Below are positions 8,156 to 18,037 of a DNA stretch of 34,607 nt, piece by piece (position 1 is the first letter of the stretch; every line of letters begins with the position of its first letter). The notes below the pieces were generated by a model. That model did no database searches. It saw only the letters and a list, made by a program, of their open reading frames with translations, and was not told the origin of the DNA. Source of the stretch: a candidate division WOR-3 bacterium. GTDB lineage: Bacteria > Hydrothermota > Tepidihabitantia > Tepidihabitantales > CAIPLT01. A program made the translations under genes and the position numbers. The DNA is taken from the NCBI GenBank assembly GCA_965649215.1, contig CBFGJZ010000007.1, positions 29,088-63,694 of the forward strand, written 5' to 3'.

Positions 8156-9901
8156 GTGACAAATTTTAATAGTAGAAAAATTAATCACTCATATCAATGG
8201 ATATTACCGACATTAAAAGCAGCCGACGAAAATATTTCAGAAATTAGTAAAATGTTTAATCATCAATATCCAAAATTTATTATCGAAATTCTTTACAATC
8301 GTGGCTATACAACTTATCAAGCAATTTATGATTTTTTAAATCCTTCTTTATCTCAATTATATCAGCCCGATTTACTACCAGATTTTAATAAAGCAGTTGA
8401 ACGCATTGTTAGAGCAATTAAAAACCAAGAGCCAATTCTTATTTATGGTGATTATGATGTTGATGGTATTACAGGTACTTCATTATTATTAAATATATTA
8501 AGAAAGATCGGCGCCAAAATATCTTTTTATATTCCTAACCGGGTTAACGAAGGTTACGGATTATCAGAAACTGGTATCTTGTACGCCAAATCACAAGGAT
8601 TTAATTTTATAATTACCGTAGATTGTGGAACAGTTGATTTTTTAGAGATCCAACTAGCCAACAAACTTGGTATTGATATAATTGTTTGTGATCATCATGA
8701 ACCAAAAGAAATATTGCCAGCCGCTTATGCAATTGTAAATCCTAAGAGACATGATTCAACATATCCCTTTGCTGAATTAGGTGGAGTTGCAGTTGCTTTT
8801 AAACTTATTTGGGGGGTATTAGCGCTATTAAAGTATCCTAAAGAATACTTAACTGAACACTTAGATTTAGTAGCATTAGGTTTGGTTGCAGATATTGTTC
8901 CTTTAATTAGTGAAAACAGAATTTTAGCTAAATTTGGTTTAAAACAGATTTCAAAAACAAATAAAGTTGGTTTACAATCATTATTAAAGGTCGCTGGAAT
9001 TTTAAAGCGAGAAATCAGTCCTTATGAAGTTAGTTTTATTTTAGCACCTCGTATAAATGCCGCAGGAAGAATTTCGAATGCCGAGAAAGTTGTTACTTTA
9101 TTAACCACAAACAATCGACACGAAGCAGAAATTATCGCTCAACAGTTAAATCAAGAAAACACACAAAGACAGGTAATAGAAAATCAAATCTTTGAGGAAT
9201 CAATTAAAATCATTGAAGCACAAAATCTATCAAAATCTAAAATTATTGTTTTAAGTTGCGATAAATGGCATGAAGGTGTTATTGGTATCGTTGCTTCAAA
9301 GATAGCTGAACGTTACTACCGTCCTTCTATTTTATTAGCAATAAAAGGTGATCGTGCAAAGGGATCAGGTAGAAGTATTAGTGGTTTTAATATATATGAA
9401 GCACTAAAATATTGTAAAGACACGCTTATCGGCTTTGGAGGACACAAATATGCATGTGGGATTGAGATTGCGAAAGATAAAATTGATAGCTTTATTGAAA
9501 AAATTCAAATTTATGCTGATAACTATCTGAATATTAATTGTCTACATAGAAAAATCTATATTGATGCCGTTTTAAGTTTTTCTCAAATTAATGATAGAAC
9601 TGTGAAATTATTAAAAATATTTGAACCCTTTGGTCAAGAAAACCCACCTTTACTTTTTGCAACACATAGTTTAGAAGTAGTTGGTTATCCTAATAGAGTT
9701 GGAAAAGATCATCTAAAATTCCGTGTCCGTGAAAATAAAGATAGAGTTTTAGAAGCAATCGCTTTTGGACGGAGTTCGGATATTTTAAATCTACAAATTG
9801 GAAAAGAAGATCACGTTGATATTGTTTACAGTTTCAATGAACAATATTTTGCTGGGAAAACAAAGATACAACTGAATGTAAAAGATCTTAAAATTAAATA
9901 G
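8156..9901 (+). CDS. recJ: Single-stranded-DNA-specific exonuclease RecJ
   Basis: DHH family motifs YGDYDVDG, TVDCG, CDHH, APRINAAGR, GSGRS and FGGH, plus a C-terminal OB fold. Confidence 0.96.
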   Translation: MTNFNSRKINHSYQWILPTLKAADENISEISKMFNHQYPKFIIEILYNRGYTTYQAIYDFLNPSLSQLYQPDLLPDFNKAVERIVRAIKNQEPILIYGDYDVDGITGTSLLLNILRKIGAKISFYIPNRVNEGYGLSETGILYAKSQGFNFIITVDCGTVDFLEIQLANKLGIDIIVCDHHEPKEILPAAYAIVNPKRHDSTYPFAELGGVAVAFKLIWGVLALLKYPKEYLTEHLDLVALGLVADIVPLISENRILAKFGLKQISKTNKVGLQSLLKVAGILKREISPYEVSFILAPRINAAGRISNAEKVVTLLTTNNRHEAEIIAQQLNQENTQRQVIENQIFEESIKIIEAQNLSKSKIIVLSCDKWHEGVIGIVASKIAERYYRPSILLAIKGDRAKGSGRSISGFNIYEALKYCKDTLIGFGGHKYACGIEIAKDKIDSFIEKIQIYADNYLNINCLHRKIYIDAVLSFSQINDRTVKLLKIFEPFGQENPPLLFATHSLEVVGYPNRVGKDHLKFRVRENKDRVLEAIAFGRSSDILNLQIGKEDHVDIVYSFNEQYFAGKTKIQLNVKDLKIK

Positions 9902-9920
9902 TATAAATTTATAATTTATA

Positions 9921-9948
9921 TTGACATGTTTTTATTATCTTATAAAAT
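9921..9948 (+). promoter_or_regulatory. Promoter of the lipoprotein gene
   Basis: TTGACA 9921-9926, 16-bp spacer, TAAAAT 9943-9948; GTG at 9955 follows after 6 nt. Confidence 0.6.
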
Positions 9949-9954
9949 CTAACA

Positions 9955-10944
9955 GTGAATTTAAGGATAATATTTATTGTATTTATTTTATTTATAACAA
10001 TTACGAATTGTGTACCTGAGCGAGATAATCCTTATGATCTTAGTTCACCAAATAAACCGATAAGTACTATCTATGGAAAAATAACAAAAAAAAATGGTAT
10101 TAGTTTAAATAATTGCCACATTACACTTTCTTTCTTAAAAGTTACAGAGTTTATAACTACCTCAAGTGACAGTAATGGCAATTATTTATTACAATATTAT
10201 TATAAAATGACTTATGGCGATTCAGCAGTATTGTATATCTATAAAGATGGTTTTGAGACCTCCGAGAAAAAAATATTCATTGATCTTAATCGAAATGATA
10301 CAATAAATTTTACCCTTGATGCATTACCACAATTTAGCGCTGAGTCAGTTACTTCTTATCACGAAGCAGCCTTGTATCCGCAAGAAATATATAAGGCAAA
10401 TTTTTCTGTTAAAGTTTATGATAGTGATGGAATAAGTGACATTGATACTGTATTTATTACAATCCCTGCTCTTAATTTTAAAATTCCGATGGATTATTAT
10501 CCTAATAATATTTACAAGAAAACAATATCTTCAGAGATATTACCAGATTCAAACTTAGAAATTCTTATCGGTCAAGAATGTTATTTTGAAGTTTATAACC
10601 AAAATAATTTTATAAAGCGATCAAAAGCAATGTATCTAACTCGGATAATAAATGAGATACCTCAGCCGATTTATCCTTATGGTGATACCGTTAGTCAACC
10701 AATAAATTTCGTCTGGGATCAAGCGATACTTAATTTTCCTTATAATTATTTCTTAGAGATTTTTTTACTCCCAAATAATTATGTACCACAATTAATTTAT
10801 CAAAAAGATAATATTTTATCTTCTGATAGTAACTATGTTTTACCTGTTTCGTTAGAAAAAGGACGTTACTTGTGGCAAATAGGTTTAAAAGATAATTTCA
10901 ATAACATTTCTAAATCATATCAGACACTATTCTATATTGAATAA
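9955..10944 (+). CDS. Putative lipoprotein with carboxypeptidase-regulatory-like/Ig-like domains
   Basis: Hydrophobic signal ending ITNC followed by ERDNPYD; STIYGKIT...TTSSDSNGNY...KDGFE beta-sandwich pattern; C-terminal GRYLWQI...DNFNN. Confidence 0.7.
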   Translation: MNLRIIFIVFILFITITNCVPERDNPYDLSSPNKPISTIYGKITKKNGISLNNCHITLSFLKVTEFITTSSDSNGNYLLQYYYKMTYGDSAVLYIYKDGFETSEKKIFIDLNRNDTINFTLDALPQFSAESVTSYHEAALYPQEIYKANFSVKVYDSDGISDIDTVFITIPALNFKIPMDYYPNNIYKKTISSEILPDSNLEILIGQECYFEVYNQNNFIKRSKAMYLTRIINEIPQPIYPYGDTVSQPINFVWDQAILNFPYNYFLEIFLLPNNYVPQLIYQKDNILSSDSNYVLPVSLEKGRYLWQIGLKDNFNNISKSYQTLFYIE

Positions 10945-11585
10945 ATACTATTATATTGTTTAGTAAATTGATATATTAGTTCTTCTTTTACTAGTTTCAT
11001 ATTGATAGGTTTGTTTAATTCTTTTTCCATTGAAGTAACTTTAATATTTTTCATACCGCAAGGATTTATCAAGTCAAAATAAGATAAATCATTTGTGACA
11101 TTAATGGCTAATCCATGGAAAGAAACGTATCTTTTTATTGCAATACCAATTGAGGCAATTTTTCGATCATCAATCCACACGCCAATATAAGGATGTCGAA
11201 TTTGGGCAAAAATCCCAAATCTTTGTAACGTGTTTAAAATAATTTGTTCAAGACTATAAATGAAATTTCGAACTTTTATAAGATTGGATTTGAATTTAAA
11301 GATTGGATAAGCAACTAATTGGCCAGGTCCATGAAAAGTTATATCACCACCTCTTTCAATACGATAAATCGGAATATTTTTTTCTTTTAATAAAGTTTCT
11401 GAAATTAGAAGGTTTTCGATAGTTCCATTTTTGCCCACTGTAAATACAGGTTCATGTTCAACCAAAATTAAGGTGTCAGGTATTTGATCATCAATTCTGT
11501 GTTGCCATAATTCTTTCTGTTTATTAAGCGTTGAAGAAAAATCACAAATACCTAAATCAACAATATTCAGATACATTTTAGACAA
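10932..11585 (-). CDS. lipB: Octanoyltransferase LipB
   Basis: EHEPVFTVG, RGGDITFHGPGQLVAYPI, RKIASIG, FHGLAINV, INPCG. Confidence 0.95.
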   Translation of the reverse strand: MSKMYLNIVDLGICDFSSTLNKQKELWQHRIDDQIPDTLILVEHEPVFTVGKNGTIENLLISETLLKEKNIPIYRIERGGDITFHGPGQLVAYPIFKFKSNLIKVRNFIYSLEQIILNTLQRFGIFAQIRHPYIGVWIDDRKIASIGIAIKRYVSFHGLAINVTNDLSYFDLINPCGMKNIKVTSMEKELNKPINMKLVKEELIYQFTKQYNSIYSI

Positions 11586-11586
11586 T

Positions 11587-12984
11587 CTATTTATTTATAA
11601 TATGAATTGCTTTTTTTTCAACAGCAGCGGCAGTTTCTTGAATTAATTCAGAAAGTGTTGGATGAGGATGGACAGTTTCGATAATTTTACTTATTTCAAG
11701 ATTTGCGTTCATCGCTAAAGTAAATTCATTAATAAGATTTGAGGCTTCCGGCGATAAAATATGTGCCCCTAATATTCTTTTAGTTTTATTTTCTACTAAA
11801 ATTTTAGCGAATCCTTCAATCCGATTTAATGTGTGAGCTTTACCAATTGCAGACAAAGGAACTTTACCAACGCTAAACTCAAAGTTTTTAGCAATAGCTT
11901 CAGATTCAGTAATACCAACAAATGCAATTTCTGGATCAGTATAAATGCAATTTGGAATATATTGAGGAATTGAAATATTTTTAAAATTACAAATCTTTTC
12001 CGCAAGGTATATACCTTGAGCCATTGCTTTATGAGCTAAAAGGGGTGGACCAATTATATCACCAATCGCATAGGTACCTTTTTGTGTGGTTTCAAAATTT
12101 GTATCAACCTTAATAAATTTTTTTTCATTTAGTTCAATGTTTGTATTATTTAAATTTAGAATATCAGTATTAGGAACTCTACCAACTGCTAATAATATCT
12201 TATCAACTTCTACTTTTTGACTATTATTATTGGATCCGATTAAGACTTGTAGTGTTTCTTGTTTAACTATATTTAAAACTGTTGAATTAAGATAAAATTC
12301 TATGCCTTGTTTTACTAGAATATTCATCAATTGATTTGCAATTTCTCTGTCAGTGCCAGGTAGTATTTGAGGCATCATTTCAATTACTTTAATTTTACTA
12401 CCTAATCGGTTATATATTGTTGCAAATTCCAAACCAATTGCTCCCCCTCCTATTATCAGTAATCGTTTGGGTATTTTGTCTAAGATCAATGCTTGATCAG
12501 AAGTTATTATATTATTATAATCAGGAATTACATTCTCAAGAATTACATTTTCGGAGCCATTTGCAATAATAATAATTTTAGGATTGATTTGGATACTTTT
12601 TCCCTCTTTGATGAGTAAAATAACAACAGAGTCATTCAAAAACTTTGCTTCTGCTTGTATGTACTCTACTTTGTTGTTTTTCAACAGAAACTCGATTCCT
12701 TTGCGTAAACGCAGAGGGATATTTTGAATAGCTTGATTAAATTGTGTTAAATTAATTTCTGGTTTATTGTATTTTATTCCGACACGATTTAAATTATTTA
12801 TCTCAGACATCAATTGGGTATAGTGTAAAAGTGCTTTGGTTGGTATACAACCCCGATTTAGACAAACACCACCAATTTTATCTTTATCTACTAAAAGAAC
12901 ATTTCGACCTAATTGAGCAAGTCGTATAGCACAAACATATCCTGCCGGTCCAGCACCAATTATTAGAATTTCAGGATTTTTCAT
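11587..12984 (-). CDS. lpdA: Dihydrolipoyl dehydrogenase
   Basis: GAGPAG FAD site, redox-active GGVCLNRGCIP, GGGAIG NAD site, C-terminal HPHPTLSE. Confidence 0.95.
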   Translation of the reverse strand: MKNPEILIIGAGPAGYVCAIRLAQLGRNVLLVDKDKIGGVCLNRGCIPTKALLHYTQLMSEINNLNRVGIKYNKPEINLTQFNQAIQNIPLRLRKGIEFLLKNNKVEYIQAEAKFLNDSVVILLIKEGKSIQINPKIIIIANGSENVILENVIPDYNNIITSDQALILDKIPKRLLIIGGGAIGLEFATIYNRLGSKIKVIEMMPQILPGTDREIANQLMNILVKQGIEFYLNSTVLNIVKQETLQVLIGSNNNSQKVEVDKILLAVGRVPNTDILNLNNTNIELNEKKFIKVDTNFETTQKGTYAIGDIIGPPLLAHKAMAQGIYLAEKICNFKNISIPQYIPNCIYTDPEIAFVGITESEAIAKNFEFSVGKVPLSAIGKAHTLNRIEGFAKILVENKTKRILGAHILSPEASNLINEFTLAMNANLEISKIIETVHPHPTLSELIQETAAAVEKKAIHIINK

Positions 12985-13495
12985 AGATAAGTTGCTGATA
13001 AAGACTTCTTGCTTGATTAAAAAAATCTATGTTATCTCGATAATCAGGATAAGTCCAATCTAATGCTTGGAAGGTATGATCTTTGTATATTAATGTGACT
13101 TCAGCATAAATTGTATCTTTTAAATAAATACGGTGTGCATAATTTTTTGTGGTAACTAAAATGAAATTCGATAATGTTAAAAACCCAGGATCAATATTGA
13201 TTTTCCTTTTGTTATTACTCTTATATTTGTTTTCTAAATTTATTGCGTATAATTTTATATTAGACATATCTTGTAAATCAATAATTTTTTCTGTAACTAA
13301 CCATTGACGATTTAAATTTTTACCCATTTCTAATTCATAGTAATTTGTATAGTCAAATGGTATAATTCTACTTCGTAAAATAATTTTTCCAAAATCTAAG
13401 CTAATAATAGTTGCAATATTATTTATAAGATTAATATCATTAGTGATTACCCCCCAAACAACAATTCCCGAGTGAAATTTAACTGACGTCATCAT
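12971..13495 (-). CDS. DUF4416 family protein
   Basis: TNYYELEMG, RKINIDPGFL, TTKNYAHRIYL and WTYPDYR motifs typical of DUF4416. Confidence 0.85.
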   Translation of the reverse strand: MMTSVKFHSGIVVWGVITNDINLINNIATIISLDFGKIILRSRIIPFDYTNYYELEMGKNLNRQWLVTEKIIDLQDMSNIKLYAINLENKYKSNNKRKINIDPGFLTLSNFILVTTKNYAHRIYLKDTIYAEVTLIYKDHTFQALDWTYPDYRDNIDFFNQARSLYQQLIYEKS

Positions 13496-14112
13496 ATCGA
13501 ACCTTGCTGTTTAAGAAATGATTCTAGTTCTTCTTTCTGAGGTAAATCGTTTAAACTTGTTAAACCAAAATAACGTAAAAATTCTTTACCAGTTCCATAT
13601 AAAAATGGACCACCAGGTTTTTGGGCTCGTCCTTCTATTCGAATTAGTTTACGTTCTAATAAAGTTAGAAGAGGACCTGAGCAATCAACACCTCTTAGCT
13701 TTTCGATTTCAGGTCGTGTGATAGGTTGATTATAAACAATTATTGCTAGAGTTTCTAAAGCTGGTCGTGAGAGCCGATGATATGATGTTTTGTAAAGCAT
13801 AGATATCCATTTACTATATTCAGGTAGCGTATAGAGTTGATATCCATTTGCAACCTGTTCGATGCGAAATGAATGATTATATATTGTATAATCGTTATTT
13901 AATTGATTGATAACACTAACAATCTCTTCAGGAGTTGCACCAGTTATTTCAGATAAACGACTAATTGTCAAAGGATTGTTTTCAGCGAATAGCAGAGCTT
14001 CGACAATATTTTTTAGAGGCAATCTTTTTTCATCTTTTTGATTGTTACTATCAGATTGATTGAAATTTTTTATAATACTTTCGTTAGATGAAATTGTATT
14101 ATCATTCATCAT
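13492..14112 (-). CDS. scpB: SMC-Scp complex subunit ScpB
   Basis: IVEALLF, VANGYQLYT, LSRPALETLAIIVYNQPITRPEIEKLRGV, FLRYFGLTSLNDLP. Confidence 0.95.
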   Translation of the reverse strand: MMNDNTISSNESIIKNFNQSDSNNQKDEKRLPLKNIVEALLFAENNPLTISRLSEITGATPEEIVSVINQLNNDYTIYNHSFRIEQVANGYQLYTLPEYSKWISMLYKTSYHRLSRPALETLAIIVYNQPITRPEIEKLRGVDCSGPLLTLLERKLIRIEGRAQKPGGPFLYGTGKEFLRYFGLTSLNDLPQKEELESFLKQQGSI

Positions 14113-15334
14113 TTTTAAGAAGATTAAATTTTTTTAATAAGGTTTTAATTGCTAGATATGCATCTTTTCGTTTTAGAAAAAATGTTATTTTAGTCTCTGA
14201 AACTGTAAAAGCATCGATATGGATACCCATTTTATGTAATACTTCGAATAATTTGCTATTAATTTCTATATCGTTTCCGATTCCAGCTCCAATTAGTGAA
14301 ACTGAAGCTAAATTTTTGGCAATAATATATTTTTCTGCATTAACATCTAATGCTGTATTTTTTATTACCGATAAAGCATTTTTAAAATTACTTTTATGAA
14401 TTATAAACGATAAATCAAATTTATTCTGATAAGGAATGCCATGAGCAAAAAATAATATGGGTACTTTTGCTTCCGCAAATTTTACAATAACTTGATGTAA
14501 ACATTTGGGTAATTTTGGTACTGCTACTAAAGTGAGACGACACAAATCATATGAATGGGTAATAGCGCGAACAAAAGCTTTCTCATTTTTTGTCAGACTT
14601 TTTTTTGAGTTATTAATCATTGTGGTTACTTCCTTTCCAAAAAATGATTTAATAACAATGGGAATATTATTTTTGTAAGCTATTGTGCAAGCACGGGGAT
14701 GTAAAATATTTGCACCCGCAGTTGTTAATTCAGATATCTCATCGTATGACATACGATCGATATGTTTCACCGCTCGAAATATATTGGGATCTTCTGTAAA
14801 AATACCTGGTACATCTTTATAAAATTCACAACATTTTGCCTTAAGATATGCAGCTATTGCAACTGCTGTAACATCTGAACCACCCCGTCCTAAAGTAGTA
14901 ATTTCTTTTTGTTCACTCATTCCTTGAAAACCAGCTATTATTGGTATTTTCCCTTGCTCAATAATTTTCTTTAAACGATTACCTTTGATATCAACAATAC
15001 GTGCATTAGTATGTTCGTTATTAGTTATTATACCGACTTGTGAACCAGTTAGTGAAATTGCTTCATGACCATATTTGTTTATTGCTAAAGAGAGTAATGC
15101 CATTGTAAGGCGTTCACCAATTGTTAATAACATATCTTTTTCACGACCTGGAGGATGCGGGTTTATTTTATGAGCTAATTTTATTAATTGATCAGTTGTG
15201 TTTCCCATCGCAGATACTATAACGACAACATTGTTATTTGATTTTTTAGAACTAATAATAATTTTCGCTGCCTTATTAATTGCTTTTAAATCTGTTAAAA
15301 CACTTCCTCCGTATTTCTGAACAATAACATTCAT
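14102..15334 (-). CDS. lysC: Aspartate kinase
   Basis: VQKYGGS, VSAMGNTTD, AGFQG, TTLGRGGSD; two C-terminal ACT-like domains; internal Met near residue 239 at the position of a beta-subunit start. Confidence 0.93.
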   Translation of the reverse strand: MNVIVQKYGGSVLTDLKAINKAAKIIISSKKSNNNVVVIVSAMGNTTDQLIKLAHKINPHPPGREKDMLLTIGERLTMALLSLAINKYGHEAISLTGSQVGIITNNEHTNARIVDIKGNRLKKIIEQGKIPIIAGFQGMSEQKEITTLGRGGSDVTAVAIAAYLKAKCCEFYKDVPGIFTEDPNIFRAVKHIDRMSYDEISELTTAGANILHPRACTIAYKNNIPIVIKSFFGKEVTTMINNSKKSLTKNEKAFVRAITHSYDLCRLTLVAVPKLPKCLHQVIVKFAEAKVPILFFAHGIPYQNKFDLSFIIHKSNFKNALSVIKNTALDVNAEKYIIAKNLASVSLIGAGIGNDIEINSKLFEVLHKMGIHIDAFTVSETKITFFLKRKDAYLAIKTLLKKFNLLKNDE

Positions 15335-16500
15335 ACAACTGCCGATAATCTTTCAATAACTTGTTTAATTTTATCTTCTGTTTCAATTACAGAAAATCGA
15401 ACATAACCTTCGCCGTGCTTGCCAAAACCAATGCCTGGGGTAATGAGAATGCCAGTTTTGCTTAAAATTTCATAACTAAATTGTAATGAATTTTTTTTAT
15501 ATTCTGTAAATGGTATTTTGCACCACAGATAAAAAGTAGCAGGTGGCATATTACAATGCCAACCTAATTTTTGTAAACCTTTAACTAAAATGGTAAGTCT
15601 TTTCTTATATTGAAGACGAATTTTTTTTGCAAATTGTTCATAATTGTTTAGAGCAACGATAGAGGCGTCTTGAATTGCTCCAAAAGGACCAGAATCGACA
15701 TTTTGTTTTATATTAATAAGTGCTTTTATTAGTTTGTGATTGCCTACCGCAAAGCCAATCCGCCACCCGCAAATGCTAAAAGATTTGGATAAAGAATGAA
15801 ACTCAATACAACATTCTTTGGCACCTGGAATTTCTAATATACTATGTGGTGGATTTTGATAATATATTTCGGAGTAAACGTTATCATTACAACAATAAAA
15901 ACCATATTTATAAGCTAGTTTTATTATTTCTTGATAGAATGAATATGGCGCAATTGCGCTAGTGGGATTATTCGGATAATTAAGACATAGTAATTTCAAT
16001 TTCTTATGTGGTTTGATATCACTAAGGTATGGAAGAAAATCGTTCTGTTCAAATAGAGGCATAAATTTTGGAATTCCACCACTTAGTAAAATCTGATTAT
16101 GATATACAGGATAGGAAGGTGATGGGACATAAGCAATATCATCTTTATCAATCATCGCCCAAATAAAATGAGCAATACCTTCTTTCGAACCAATAAGCAC
16201 TGTTACTTCGGTTTCTGGATTTAGTTCAACATTAAAACGTTTCTTATACCATTTGGCGATTGCTGTACGCATTTCTATCTTTCCTTGATAGGAAGGGTAA
16301 CGATGATTAGTAGGAGATTTTAATGCTCGTTTTAACTCCGTGATTATTCTCTGGTGAGGCATAAATGCGGGATTTCCTTCGCCTAAATCAATAATTTTTT
16401 GCTTCGTTTTAGTTTCAAATTCAATTTTTAGTTTATCAAGTTCAGCAAAAAGATATTTGGGTATTTTGTTAAGACGTGATGCTTGAAAAGGAAAGGCCAT
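15331..16500 (-). CDS. dapL: PLP-dependent class I/II aminotransferase, probably LL-diaminopimelate aminotransferase
   Basis: YLFAELD, IGSKEGIAH, NYPNNPT, EFHSLSKSF..GWRIGF, PGIGFGKHGEGYVRFS; overlaps lysC. Substrate is inferred from family and context. Confidence 0.72.
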   Translation of the reverse strand: MAFPFQASRLNKIPKYLFAELDKLKIEFETKTKQKIIDLGEGNPAFMPHQRIITELKRALKSPTNHRYPSYQGKIEMRTAIAKWYKKRFNVELNPETEVTVLIGSKEGIAHFIWAMIDKDDIAYVPSPSYPVYHNQILLSGGIPKFMPLFEQNDFLPYLSDIKPHKKLKLLCLNYPNNPTSAIAPYSFYQEIIKLAYKYGFYCCNDNVYSEIYYQNPPHSILEIPGAKECCIEFHSLSKSFSICGWRIGFAVGNHKLIKALINIKQNVDSGPFGAIQDASIVALNNYEQFAKKIRLQYKKRLTILVKGLQKLGWHCNMPPATFYLWCKIPFTEYKKNSLQFSYEILSKTGILITPGIGFGKHGEGYVRFSVIETEDKIKQVIERLSAVV

Positions 16501-16502
16501 AT

Positions 16503-17945
16503 TTACTTTATTTTACAGCCGGTATTTTGAGCATTGTAACGATAAAGAGACCATGTATTTGTCATTGGTGGAGCAAAACCGTTAAATGCAAATAATTTAC
16601 CTTCCCATGAGCCGATATATACCGTACCATTTTTATCAATAATCGGAGATGGACTATACATTATTTCTTTACTATCTTCCGCTATTTGCCATTTAAATAA
16701 TAATTTTCCATCTTTATTGAGACAATAAAAATAACCATCATCAGAAACTAAATAAATATTATTCAGTTGGTCAATTGCGGGCGCTGAAAAAATATAATAA
16801 TCAGTTTCATAAAAAAATTCTATATTGTGATGCATTCTTTTTTTGTAGATAATACCATTTTCGTCACCAAAGAAAATATTTTGATCTTGATCAATTACTC
16901 CTGAAGCACGAATTTCATCTTCATCTTCAGTGTATTCTTTCCATTTTAATCTGCCGTTATTAGTAAGTGCATATAACGCTCCATCAGTGCCAGCAATGTA
17001 AATAGTATTATCGTTTCCGAGGAAGGGGGAAGCATAAAAATAAACATCATCATCTTCAGAGGGTTTAAATACCCATTTCCTTTTACCTTTTAAATCTAAT
17101 GCATAAACTGCGTCTGAAGCACAATAAATTGTTTTATCATCACTAATAATAAGAGAACCAGCAATTTCATCGCCAGTTTTATATGACCAACTTTTTTCCC
17201 CATTTGGAGAAATACAATAGATATTTGCATCATCACAACCAAAATAGATATTATCTTTGTTATCTACAGCTGGTGTCGTATATATTGGATTATCGACATT
17301 ATATTGCCATTTTTCTTTACCATTTATATCTATTGCATATAAACGACCATTGGTAGTGGTAATATAGATTGCTTTTTTACCAACGACAGGACTTGAATAT
17401 ATTGAAGGTAGTAATTGAATTTTCCAACGAAGGGTTCCGTTTGAATTTAGACTATGTAAGGTACCATCTTCACAAGTTATATAGATTTCATCATTGAAAC
17501 CAATTGATACTGCTGAATAAATACCACTATTAGTTAGATATTGCCATTTTAAAAGATTAGGGATTATTGTGATTGGAAAAGATTGTGACCAAGAAGAAAT
17601 ATTATTATTTTTATCTTTAACACGTATTTTACAAGGATACATACCTGGTTCTTTATATAGATGGTTTTGATTATAACCATAATTTATTGAAAAATAATTA
17701 GACCATTCAGTTATTTTATCACCCCAATCTATTTGATAAGATAGTTCTTTACTTTCAACATTAGAGACGATAAATTGGAATTCAACAGGTTGTGTCGTAT
17801 CACCGTATAGAGGATATTCTGCTTCGATAATTATATTTTCAAGTCCATTATTAGCGAATAAATATAAAATAAATGAAAAAAACATTGTGGCAATTTTTTT
17901 TATTTTACTTTGAGAATTAATAAAACATATTCTTCTTATTATCAT
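16503..17945 (-). CDS. Secreted PKD-domain plus PQQ-like beta-propeller protein
   Basis: YQIDWGD...H.Y..PG.Y (PKD) followed by repeated W....SSP.I..DG.IY.G..DG.LYA blades. Start uncertain: 17972 (track), 17945 (promoter-adjacent) or 17885 (MFFSFILYLF). Confidence 0.85.
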   Translation of the reverse strand: MIIRRICFINSQSKIKKIATMFFSFILYLFANNGLENIIIEAEYPLYGDTTQPVEFQFIVSNVESKELSYQIDWGDKITEWSNYFSINYGYNQNHLYKEPGMYPCKIRVKDKNNNISSWSQSFPITIIPNLLKWQYLTNSGIYSAVSIGFNDEIYITCEDGTLHSLNSNGTLRWKIQLLPSIYSSPVVGKKAIYITTTNGRLYAIDINGKEKWQYNVDNPIYTTPAVDNKDNIYFGCDDANIYCISPNGEKSWSYKTGDEIAGSLIISDDKTIYCASDAVYALDLKGKRKWVFKPSEDDDVYFYASPFLGNDNTIYIAGTDGALYALTNNGRLKWKEYTEDEDEIRASGVIDQDQNIFFGDENGIIYKKRMHHNIEFFYETDYYIFSAPAIDQLNNIYLVSDDGYFYCLNKDGKLLFKWQIAEDSKEIMYSPSPIIDKNGTVYIGSWEGKLFAFNGFAPPMTNTWSLYRYNAQNTGCKIK

Positions 17946-17951
17946 ATGGAT

Positions 17952-17980
17952 AATGTATCTTGAAAAAAACACAATGTCAA
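17952..17980 (-). promoter_or_regulatory. Promoter heading the propeller-dapL-lysC-scpB-DUF4416-lpdA-lipB operon
   Basis: Minus strand TTGACA (17980-17975), 17-bp spacer, TACATT (17957-17952); in-frame ATG at 17945 follows after 6 nt. Confidence 0.55.
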
Positions 17981-17983
17981 TAT

Positions 17984-18016
17984 AAAAATAACCCCCTAAT
18001 ATTAAATTAGGGGGTT
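17984..18016 (-). terminator. Rho-independent terminator downstream of the 635-aa propeller gene
   Basis: AACCCCCTAAT-ATTAA-ATTAGGGGGTT is a perfect 11-bp stem, with a T-rich tail on the minus strand. Confidence 0.85.
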
Positions 18017-18037
18017 TATGTTTATGATGATTTATTA

